Below, one piece after another: positions 47,862 through 58,063 of a DNA stretch of 64,000 nucleotides. The stretch is from contig OU015567.1 in NCBI GenBank assembly GCA_907165135.1, positions 5,952,001-6,016,000 on the forward strand. Reading direction: 5' to 3'. The position numbers were made by a program, and so were the translations under genes. Origin of the DNA: Oikopleura dioica. Taxonomy: Eukaryota > Animalia > Chordata. Every line of letters begins with the position of its first letter. Positions within the stretch are counted from its first letter, which is position 1. The notes under the pieces were generated by a model, which saw only the letters and a program-made list of their open reading frames with translations, had not been told where the DNA came from and did not search any database.

Positions 47862-50800
47862 ATGCAAGCGCGCTACATTTACGGCTTCATGCTTGCCACC
47901 TTCGCCGGGGCCTGCACATTAATCGGCGCTGTAGCTGTTTACCTACCCATCAACCCAAGTCAACTGCGATTAGCTTCATGTTTTTGCCTCGCCTGCGCGG
48001 CCGGAGTCATGACTTATGTTTCCCTGGTCGAAGTTTTTGGAGAATCGAAAGCGAACTTTGCCGAAAGTTTTCACGCGTTTTGCTCAGATGACGAGGTAAA
48101 GATCGATTTGGAACGTGTTTATATTCACAGCGGGTGATTGATAAAAAACGTCTTCGTAGAAACCTGCTGGAGGATTATTCAATCATCTAATTACTCGTAA
48201 AAATATCGCACTTTCTGTAGGCAGTGTTCTATCTTCGTTTGATCGCGAGAAATAGGTTAAACTCGAGAAGCCGCTTGCGGCTTCGAGCTCTTGATAAAAT
48301 AGCCGCGCGAAGCGCGGCTTAAAATAAGTATCTCGAAGCCGCAAGCGGCTTCTCGAGTTCAAGCAGAACTAATTTTGTTTAGGAATGCTTATCAAAAGTC
48401 GAGTTAAAATCTCTCACTCACGCCACTGCATCATTCTTCGTCGGCTGGCTTATTTCGATTCTGATGTCTCAACTTCTCCGTAAATTCATGAACGCCCGGG
48501 ACTCCAATCGGCACTACTCATTGAGCCAGAGAGAAGCGGAAGGAATCGTCATTCCAGCGATGCGGGAAGAAGCGGTGGTTTGTCGAGAAGATGAACAAGG
48601 TACATTTTTAACTGTAACTTTTATATCCTGTGATTTAGTAATATTGATTGATAGTTTAGTTTTAGATCATATGATTTTGTATCGAACGTTTTCGTTTATT
48701 GGATAAACTTCATCAGGATACTAAAATTAAGATGAACGAAAAAGAAACAGAGGAAAAAGAATACTTTTATGTTGAGAGAGCAGTGTGAAATTGCTAACTG
48801 AGGAAAACAGAAAAACAAGATCAAAAATGGCTGTTTTTAGTCGAGCGCCAAGGTGGCCCAAAACAGTGCTCGACTAAATCAAAAGTTTTGAACTGTTTGA
48901 AATCAGATTGTTCATTAAGGGAGGGTCGATGCAGTAAAATAAGAAATTGTTCAGCGCTTCTCCTTTGACTCTCATTAGTTAGATTAGTTTGCAGAACATC
49001 AAAGTATTTTAAAGCATAGTCATTTTTTGAAAATTTGTATCGAATTTTCGGAGGATTTTTAGAGTGAAAGGACTCTAGAGCAAGTTTCGATTGGGCGATT
49101 TTAGTCTTGTATTGACTGGTGAGATTTTTTGTGCTTGGCTCACTAATGTAAGTTTCATAGCTTTTTTGAAAGGTCTTACAAGTGGAAAAATGTTTGAAGA
49201 TGGAAGAAGACGCATTTTTATTCTGGTTGTTAGAATTAACATGTTCAGTCCAACGAATACCAGCTCTTCGTTTGGACTGACCAATGTATTGCGCTTTACA
49301 GTCACATTTCCAGGAATAAATGAGATCACACAAATCGTATTTTTCAGGGACTCTTTTGAGAAATTTGCCTAAGGCTCTTTCGAGTCGTATGGTTTTCCAA
49401 CTAACGACTAGGCAAAAGAAGGTGTTACTTTTCGGAAGAGTTTTTGAAGACTAAGTCCAATAGAGTAGCATCTTTCACTAGTAAAATCGAGGCACAAGTT
49501 GAACTTTTTCACAATTTTAGAATCATCACGTTTCAGTGGCTCGAAATTATTGTTTTTAATTTCATTGATTTTACGTTTAATGAGGTGAAACGGGTATGAG
49601 TTCTTAAGAAAGCGATCAGTCAATTGTTCAAGAGCAATATTCAACGCATACGGACATGATGTTGTATTATTTCTGCGATAAATTTCGCCTGTAAGCGTTG
49701 ATATTTTCTGATTAAGAGGAGCGATTCCAGTACGAAAGTTCTGAAGGATATCACTTTTGTTAGCTTTCTCGTAAAAGAATAAGTGATATTGATTGTCATG
49801 AAGTTTAATGCATGTATCTAGATAAGGAAGACAGTTGTCTTTCATATCTTCACAGGTCATTTTAATGGACGGATCAAACTTATTTAGACAGTTGAAAATT
49901 CGTTTTTGGCACTAGTTTTGGTTACAAGACAGTAGTCGTCGACGTAACGCCTACAGAAAAGTATATTACCCTTTTTAATTTCAGTAGTAAGAAATTCAGT
50001 TTCCAGGCTAGAGATGTAAATATTAGCTACTAGAGGGGCAAGTCTGGAGCCCATGGAGCAACCGAATTTCTGTTTATAGTAGCCTTCTTGAGTGGAAAAA
50101 GAAGTAAACTTTTGTAAGACTGAAACCAGAATAGATCGAAAAACATCTTTAGGGGGGAAAATAACTAATAGTGCCATCTGGAAGATCTTCCGGGCTAAAA
50201 TATCGAAGAGGATTTTTATAAAGAATTTCAATAATCACGTCAATAGCTTTAGCCTTGTCAATTGATGGATACATTGACACGACATCTGCACTCCAAATAG
50301 AATGTTCTGATGTTATTTGAGGTAAGATTTTAGTAAATGCACTTTTAAATTCTTTAGTAGAAGAACAAGAGAATTTAAGCTCAGGAACAATTTTGGAAAG
50401 AATGGAGTAGATGTATTTTTCAATATTCGCAGTAATGCTACCAGGCGCACCAATAATTGGGCGTACTGGATGTGGAGCTGGTTTATAAACTTTTAATAAT
50501 CCAAAGCTCGATTTAACTTTATGATTACATTGAATAGATTTGAAAGAAGAACATGAGAGATACGGTTTTAGGATTTTAATGCTTTCATTAAAATCTGCGA
50601 TATCTTTTGAAGTAGGGTCACTTTCAATTTTGACGAACTTTGATCGTGGAAATTCTTTGTTCATTTTATCATAATAATCAGACGCATTAACAAAAGCAAG
50701 ATTTTTACTTTTATCAATTTTGATAAGTCGAATTTTTGGGCCACCTTGGCGCTCGACTAAAAACAGCCATTTTTTGATCTTGTTTTTCTGTTTTCCTCAG

Positions 50801-52254
50801 TTAGCAATTTCACACTGCTCTCTCAACATAAAAGTATTCTTTTTCCTCTGTTTCTTTTTCGTTCATCTTAATTTTAGTATCCTGATGAAGTTTATCCAAT
50901 AAACGAAAACGTTCGATACAAAATCATATGATCTATTAACGAAGTCAACCCGAAAAGATATAGTTTAGTTTTACTTACCAGTTACAGTGTTACAGTTGAT
51001 CGAGGTATCATTTTCGCTGCTACAGTTGGCTCTTTCGATAATGAATGATTTTGACCAATCAGAGCCTTGATCTGACTATTCGTTATCGAAAGCTCCTGGA
51101 GTTATAGATTTTTCTTTGTTAAAAAGGATTTATCCCTTACATAACGCGCGTTCTAGCTTTCTAATATAACAAGATCAGTCCCTGAGTGCCAAATGATCCC
51201 ATCACGTGATTTAATTCGATCACTCGATTTTCTAAAATACGCTTTTAAGCCCAATTGAAATTCGAAACGGACGTTGGGCGAATTACCGACGTGGGCATCT
51301 TCACCGCGCTCGCGCTCACTCTCCACAATATTCCGGAAGGGCTTCTCACCTTTGCCGCCGCTTTATCCTCGAATCAGACGGTCGGACTGGGCGTTGCCTG
51401 CGCCATCGGCTTGCACAACATTCCGGAAGGCTTCGCCGTTGCTTTCCCCATTCAAGTCGGAACGAAGAGCAAGTTCAAGGCGCTACTGTACGCGGCGATT
51501 ACTGGCTTAGCTGAACCACTGGGAGCCTTCATTGGCTGGCTGATATTTGGCCTCGCTGATAAGGTAATGACTTAAGGGTGGGGGCGACGGTTATCGAAAT
51601 AATAAGGATGAAACGTGGGCAAATTACATATCTCCCTTTGATGTATTCTTATCTTCGTGGAGACACCCTTATTTTTCTGTGAAACAGAGCTGAACATCAG
51701 CAAACGAAAAAAGTTTTTTCCAACTTGAAAATTTTGAATTGAAAGAAGAGCACTAGAATTAGAAAGACTAGTTCTTATCTCACCTTGAAAAAAATGAATT
51801 GTTTTCATAGCGGTGAAATCAATTTACTCGGAGAAATTTACTCCGCAGCTGCATTTTCTTACGATTGTTCATCTTTAGAGATCCCTGTTTTCTTTTGCTT
51901 CTTCTTGCTTCTTTTCGTGAGATCAATCATCATTTTTGATGACATGGTTCATTTTTCGCGTTTTCTAAGAGAAATTATTTTCAAAGATGATGTCCGAGAT
52001 GGCAGGCTCAAAAAGCGCGAAGCATTGTTAGAAAGCTGATTTTCCATTTTTAGGATCCCTCCGCGCCAGAGCAACTGAACATCTTCGGCTGGTTGTTCGG
52101 AGTTACATCTGGAATCATGACGCAAGTCGCTGTTTCCGGCCTGTTTCTGGAAGCAGCGCGCTACGACCCAAACGACCGGGTGGTTTCGAAAGCGTGGCTG
52201 CTCGGCGCATTTGTGATTGCTTCCAGTTTGATTGTGATTGAAGCCTATGCTTAA
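47862..52254 (+). CDS. ZIP zinc/iron transporter, ZupT/GufA type (multi-exon; Penelope element in an intron)
   Basis: FAGACTLIG, AAGVMTYVSLVEVF, ALTLHNIPEG, AIGLHNIPEGFAVAFPI, TGLAEPLG, LFGVTSGIMTQVA. Confidence 0.88.
48262..48359. mobile_element. MITE family B (palindromic core tcgagaagccgcttgcggcttcgag), intronic
   Basis: Arms ctcgagaagccgcttgcggcttcgag / ctcgaagccgcaagcggcttctcgag. Central gccgcgcgaagcgcggc. Confidence 0.85.
48674..48727 (-). ncRNA. Minimal type I hammerhead ribozyme (element-sense copy in the Penelope 3' repeat)
   Basis: Exact reverse complement of 50871-50924. Confidence 0.85.
50871..50924 (+). ncRNA. Minimal type I hammerhead ribozyme (inverted Penelope repeat)
   Basis: Stem I gtatc/gatac (extends atttt/aaaat), core CTGATGA 50882-50888, stem II gttta/taaac, GAAA 50905-50908, palindromic stem III aacgtt, UH cleavage site at C50914. 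Confidence 0.85.
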
Positions 52255-53393
52255 TTTTAGAAAAAACAAGCTTCCCAAAAGTCCTACTTTTCAAAATTGC
52301 TACAAAGTAATTTATATTTATTGTTATAATTCGCCAAGAAAGAAGATGAACCTTTTACCTCCGTCTGTCCCGATACTGTCTTGAAACCGACTTAAAACTG
52401 ACTCTGAGTTCAAAAAAAAGCTCGTTTAGCAAATTTTTATTTCTAAAAAAATGGCGAACTATTGGGCCGAGCAACAATCGCTTTTATTGTGCTACTATTT
52501 AATTAAGATTTTAAATTATTAAATTTAATTTTACAGTTTTAATAATCCTGTATATAGAAAATGATACAATGAGCGGCAATGAGATGTCGTCCCTTGTAAA
52601 TTAACAATACAGTTGATACAACGAACGGAAAAAAACGATGATGATTTCAACAGAGAAAGTCTCCTTTCATCTCTTTTGAAATTTATTCCAGTCTTTATTT
52701 ATTAAAAAAAATGAAGCAGGAGCAATATCAGAATACTTAAAGTTCTGTTCGCGTTTTCATTTTGGACGCGTAAACTCAGTGATAAATCCACGAAAAACGA
52801 TTAAAACCCAAGCTAGCATCCTCTAAAACAAAAAAAAAAGAGGGGTGAGATAAGTTCGTGAGAAGGGATAGATACCCTTTCAGAATTATTAAATAATCAC
52901 TCTCGGTGGCAATCGGGCTTGTTCCGAGACAACGCAAATTATCAGCTTAATGGAAACTCGGAAAAAACATTAACGTTTATATACACGTAACGTGAAACTC
53001 AGGGGATTTCGAGCTTATTTTTTAGTTCAATGAAAAAAATTTTCTTGATTCTCATTTTTTTCCATAAAACCGACAATTTTTTATTGAGAAAATGGAAGTG
53101 CGGCTTAGTTTCTAATTCCTCTAAATTGGCATACTCAAAAGCTCAGGTCTAAGTCCATTTTGATCCCTCGGAATCTCAAGAACCAGACGTATTAGCAGGT
53201 ATTACGAGATGCTTTACAAGTCAGAAAAGAACGCGTAATCGCTTCGAGGAATTTGATTATCCGCAAGTTCCCGAGCGATTTATGCGCTGGCGCCCTCTTT
53301 TTCTACCTATAAAAGGCTGCGCTCGGCGGGGGATCGTTATCAACCACTTCGAGTGATAAGAAGCTAGAAGTAGAAAAAACTACAAAAGAAAAA

Positions 53394-53899
53394 ATGAAGG
53401 TTTTTGGTCTTTTTGCTGCTGCTTTGGCTAACACAGAACGACTCGAAAAACTAAAGGTAATTTTTATCAGAAAAACTTGGGATTAAATTGATTCTAGGGC
53501 CACGGAGACAACCTGATCGCCCTTGCGAACAACAACACCGACTTGAACGATTTCACCAAGAACCGAATCAGCAATTTGGCCTTGAAACTCCTCGACCAAG
53601 CCGAAGGAGCCTCGATGAACTGCAACGCCACAGTCGAAGATTCGCGACTTTTTGACGAAGAAAATCGCGGCTTTTCTGCCGACGATCTTTGCCAGCTGAC
53701 CAACGATCTCGCTGGAGGTAACAAAAAAAGAGGCGAAATTCTTCTTTTATCGAAAATTTCAGCCCTTCGATCGTACGCTCGAAGATTTACCTGCGAAGAA
53801 AGCCTCCCAAAAAAGCTGTTCGTCGACAAATACATCAACCGAACCAAGAAATTCACGAAAATTGTCGAACGAAAAGCCTTCTGCGGCCTTGGAATGTAA
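53394..53899 (+). CDS. Small secreted orphan protein (2 exons, 4 Cys)
   Basis: TATA box ctataaaagg near 53308, signal MKVFGLFAAALA, intron gtaa...ttctag 53457-53497. Confidence 0.7.
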
Positions 53900-54159
53900 A
53901 ATTTATTTTCTAAAACTCTTGCCATTTTTATCCTGCACAATGACGAATCAGGCTCAATAGCCGATTATTCAACGAACAATAAAATTTCATGTTTTTTGTA
54001 TAAAAAATTGTTCGTCTTATGACCTCAGTTCTGAGTAATGAAGGAATAAGCAATTGTCAATAAGAGACATTTACTGCAGCAAATATTTGATCTCGTGAAG
54101 GTAAAAACGCGCAGTTGAAAAACAGAGGGTCCAATTTGAGAATTTGAAATAAGCAAAAA

Positions 54160-54811
54160 ATGGCGTTAATTTATCTCGGCTACAAAGCATTGAAGGGTAA
54201 AAAAGGAGAAAAAGAAGAGGGAGAAGAAAAAGCTCATGATATCAGAGACGATATTCCAAAAGATCCGAATGAGAAAAAGAAAAAGGTGTGTTTTGCTTTG
54301 AATTTTACACAAAAAAAGTGGACTGATAAGCAAGAAGGGATGGAATTAACGTGTGAATATTCAGGTTGGAGGAGCAGCTGGTGGAGCAGCGATCGGAACT
54401 GCGATTTGCCCGGGCATTGGAACTGCTATTGGCGCCGGAGTGGGATTTTTCGCGGGAACGAAAGCGTCGCAAAAAGCAGTGAAAGATGCGCAGAAGAAGA
54501 AGCAGCGATCGCAGGGGCATCCTTATCAGCCAAAACCATCTTCGTCGTCTTCGCAAAAGAGCTCCTCTTCTACGAGTAGCACGAAAAAAGCGACTCCTCC
54601 TCCAGAACAAAAAAAGCCAGAACCAGTTCCAGAAAAACAGGAACAACCAGTTGTCGAAGAAAAAAGAGCTTCTCCTGAACCATCGGCTCCTGAATTCGGA
54701 GACATAGAAGACGCACAAGTTGCCGAAAACCCCTCACCAGTTGAGCAACCAAATCAACCAGTGGCTCCAGCACGGACAAATTCAGTGTACCCTTCCCTCG
54801 GAGAAATTTGA
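54160..54811 (+). CDS. Low-complexity protein with glycine-zipper segment (2 exons)
   Basis: Exon 1 MALIYLGYK..., exon 2 VGGAAGGAAIGTAICPGIGTAIGAGVGFFAG, then a P/E/S-rich tail. Confidence 0.65.
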
Positions 54812-54957
54812 ATAAACCATCCTTTCTAACAGATTTTCCCTTTGACGAAAAAATTCCTGAAAGAGCTTATTCTTTGTTATTTCTAGAACCGGTCCTTTTC
54901 CAGGAAATGCATTTCCCATTTGTTAATTCAACAAAAATCATCAAAGAAAGTCCCGAA

Positions 54958-55221
54958 ATGGGTTGTATCCAGTCACGAAAAGAGAAGAGCACCGAGACTC
55001 CCCCTTTCTACATTGAGCAAGAGAAGATCGACCCAAACGAAGCCGGGTACTTGGCGGATGATGATATGAGCAAATGGTCAGTTCTTCGATTGGAAAACGA
55101 GAAAATAGAACGAGATGCGAATTCGAAAAGGCGGAAAAGAAGACAGCTACAGGCTGCCAAAGATCTTCAAATTCAACTCGAGCAACAACTTGATGATTTT
55201 TCTTTTCAAACGGAATATTAA
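54958..55221 (+). CDS. Small protein with MGC N-acylation motif and coiled coil
   Basis: MGCIQSRKEK... (myristoylation/palmitoylation-like start). Confidence 0.5.
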   Translation: MGCIQSRKEKSTETPPFYIEQEKIDPNEAGYLADDDMSKWSVLRLENEKIERDANSKRRKRRQLQAAKDLQIQLEQQLDDFSFQTEY

Positions 55222-55512
55222 ACTACCCTGCCAAATATAACCTTTCATTAAAAAAAAACTGTTCCCTAACTTGTGGATTTATTCTAATTATATGGAGGTG
55301 AAAACAGACTGGTTATTTCTTTTACAATAAAGGATGTAAGGTATGTCGAATAGAAGATATTCTGTTGAAAAAGAGGGTTAAAGAAATCGTGGGAGTACAG
55401 AGGACTAGATTGATACTGGAGAGCAGGAGCATTTCTAAGGGTTTATTTTTATATTTTTTTTATGTTTTTTTTTCATTTCTAAGTTCATTTTTTCTTTATT
55501 TTGAGGAGAGAA

Positions 55513-55767
55513 TTATTCAGATCTATGGTATCTTCTGAACATTCGCTGGCGAATAGCTCGTTTGAGCTGACTTTTTGTGCGAAAATTTTCAAATCGCTTG
55601 CCAAGTTCAGTATCATGAGTCTTGAGCTGCTCAAGATAGGATGGAACATCATCTTGAGGGAAGTGATAGTTGGCCACTTTGTTGACGAAGCCGTTTTCAA
55701 GTTGAATGGATGGGATCGCAAAAACGCCCGGTCCGAAGAGACAGATGAGGCTTTTGATGATTTTCAT
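55513..55767 (-). CDS. Small putative secreted protein
   Basis: 84-aa ORF with hydrophobic N-terminus MKIIKSLICLFGPGVFA, aaaATG-like context. Confidence 0.45.
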   Translation of the reverse strand: MKIIKSLICLFGPGVFAIPSIQLENGFVNKVANYHFPQDDVPSYLEQLKTHDTELGKRFENFRTKSQLKRAIRQRMFRRYHRSE

Positions 55768-55853
55768 TGTTGAGATTTTTTGGGTTGGTGTTGTTGGTTA
55801 GTCTCAATTTGGAAGTGTTTGATGACTTCTTGGTTGACAGCATTATTTATACT

Positions 55854-56879
55854 AGGATGATGTTTTGTTTCCAAAAGAGGGAGCTGTTCTGTAAATTACA
55901 TTATGTTGCACCATCGGCCTATATTATGGACCATAATTTATTGTCAAGTCTAATTTTGGTATGCCCGAGACCAGTTGGCTAGTAGCACGTCGTACTAGCT
56001 CGCCACCAAAAGAGTGCAAGGAAAATTGAAATCCAATTTGATTTTTAATTGCCTTTTATCTATTATCGTAATTTATTTCAAGATAAAATTCATTTTCCGG
56101 CTGTATCTCGAGCCTGCTACGCGTAAACAATGACGCGCTTTTTAAGGTGGTGGAAGTTTTCTAGTCCACTTCCGCCATACCGACCCTGGAACACCATACC
56201 TTTTCTGAATCAGCAGAAAATTTTACACACTTTGACCCATTAATATTCTAGAAATTATCAATTTGATAGGCAACAAGTTGCCCATACTCCCGAATTTCGA
56301 TGACTTCCGGCTCTAGAATCGACCGGAAGTGACGATTTCTAGAATTTTAATGTGTCAAAATACTTGAAATTTTCTGCTGATTCAGAAAAGGTATGGTGTT
56401 CCAGGGTCGGTATGGCGGAAGTGGGCTAGAAAACTTCACCACCTTAAAAGCGCGTCAAGGGCAATTACTATTTTTGAATTAATTATTGAAGCGCGAACAA
56501 TAATTTGCTCCATTATACGGAGGTGATTTATTCAAAGGCACAATAAATCAACGTAGATGGACGGTATGGCGGAAGTTGGCTAGAAAACTTCCACCATCTC
56601 AGTGACGCGTAGCAGGCTCGAGATACAGCCGGAAAATGAATTTTATCTTGAAATAAATTACGATAATAGATAAAAGGCAATTAAAAATCAAATTGGATTT
56701 CAATTTTCCTTGCACTCTTTGGTGGCGAGCTAGTACGACGTGCTACTAGCCAACTGGTCTCGGGCATAACAAAATTAGACTTGACAATAAATTATGGTCC
56801 ATAATATAGCCTATATTATATAGGCCAATGGTGCAACATTACATAACAGCTCCCTCTATTGGAAACAAAACATCATCCT
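55854..56879. mobile_element. About 1-kb foldback element with nested long inverted repeats
   Basis: Outer arms about 55854-56124 / 56605-56879. Inner arms about 56131-56260 / 56330-56457. Central acttccgg..ccggaagt hairpin. No clear TSD. Confidence 0.8.
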
Positions 56880-57159
56880 TTCAGCCAAGATTCAACTTTT
56901 TCCGTTGTCAGTTCAGATGGATGATCAGTGCTTTCAAGATTTTCCAAACCAATTTGAATTGCGATTTTAGCGAGTTCCTTATCCATTTTCTCTTTCTTAA
57001 ATTTTGTTCACACAGCATACGCATTTGATTTAAGGATATACCCGATAAAATTGAACTTTCATAGCGCCTAAATACGAAGTCGGATCATTTTTATTTCAAA
57101 AGCAATCCTACTTAAAATTGTGCGTTAAATTAAATTCTGGTACTTTTTAGAAATTTTCA

Positions 57160-57660
57160 TAAGAATTTTCCTCTCTAGAGCGATTTGAAAACGAACTCTC
57201 TCGATTTCTCGAAATTTTTCCACTAAATCGCTAAAACTGAACCGTATTCTGTATTGCAATGATGCTAAGCTACAAAATTGATGGGATCATATTCTTAAAA
57301 TTGATCGAATTTTCATTCTAGTGTTCTCTTCTTTTATACCCTTGTTTTTCTTCTCTGCGCGTTTTTTCGCGTGCTACCAATCAGAGCGGTGCGCTCGACC
57401 ACGCACTTTCTCTCGGAAAAGAGGACTCGAGTGAGCGAGCTCCCAGCGCGCCGCTTTGTAGAGCTTTTACGCGCTGAGTAGCCCTCAATAAAATGACTCT
57501 AGAATCGGTTTCCTTCGGAATTAACGAAAAGTAAACCATCAAAATTGTAGATAAAGTTCTAAAGAACTTATCTATCGAAAAATCTCGACCGATTTAGTCC
57601 AAAAATCTCGAGTAATCGAGAGAGTAAGATTTGAAATCGCTCTAAAGAGAAAAATTCAAA
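57160..57660. repeat. Degenerate inverted repeat (old MITE-like element)
   Basis: ctctagagcgattt...ctctctcgatttctcga...ctaaatcg (57174-57230) versus cgatttag...tcgagtaatcgagagag...aaatcgctctaaagag (57590-57649). Confidence 0.55.
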
Positions 57661-57675
57661 TGAGAAAATATAAAT

Positions 57676-58056
57676 TTTTTTCCGAAAATTGATCGAAGCT
57701 AGTACTCTTGCTCGATCAGTAAAAATTCGCCTGACATTTAGAAACGACATTCCTCAAACTATATAAAACTCGTAAAGAAGAAACAGATGCGAACGACTGA
57801 ATGTGAAGAAGTTACTGTCAATTAGAAGATGCTTTTGAAACAATCACCCAAACATCATGGAACTCGAAATTTTTCCACTAAATGGTGATTGTTTCAAAAG
57901 CATCTTCTAATTGACAGTAACTTCTTCACATTCAGTCGTTCGCATCTGTTTCTTCTTTACGAGTTTTATATAGTTTGAGGAATGTCGTTTCTAAATGTCA
58001 GGCGAATTTTTACTGATCGAGCAAGAGTACTAGCTTCGATCAATTTTCGGAAAAAA
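57676..58056. repeat. Perfect 173-bp inverted duplication with 35-bp spacer
   Basis: 57676-57848 is the reverse complement of 57884-58056. It ends 7 nt before the ZIP ATG. Confidence 0.93.
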
Positions 58057-58063
58057 GAGAGAA

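Larger units (their letters stand above)
48665..50959 (-). mobile_element. 5'-truncated Penelope-like retroelement (RT + GIY-YIG) with inverted terminal copy
   Basis: RT: RPIIG, SADVVSMYPSI, GCSMGS, RYVDD, LPYLD. GIY-YIG: IYSWKCDCKAQYIGQSKR..R..EH, E...I....PSLN. About 200-bp inverted repeat 48665-48863 / 50734-50935. Candidate 14-bp TSD atagtttagtttta at 48651-48664 and 50960-50973. Confidence 0.93.

Noticed and set aside
55854-58056. CRISPR-like or prokaryotic repeat system
   Set aside because: The repeats are inverted, not spaced direct repeats. The context is eukaryotic and there are no cas genes.
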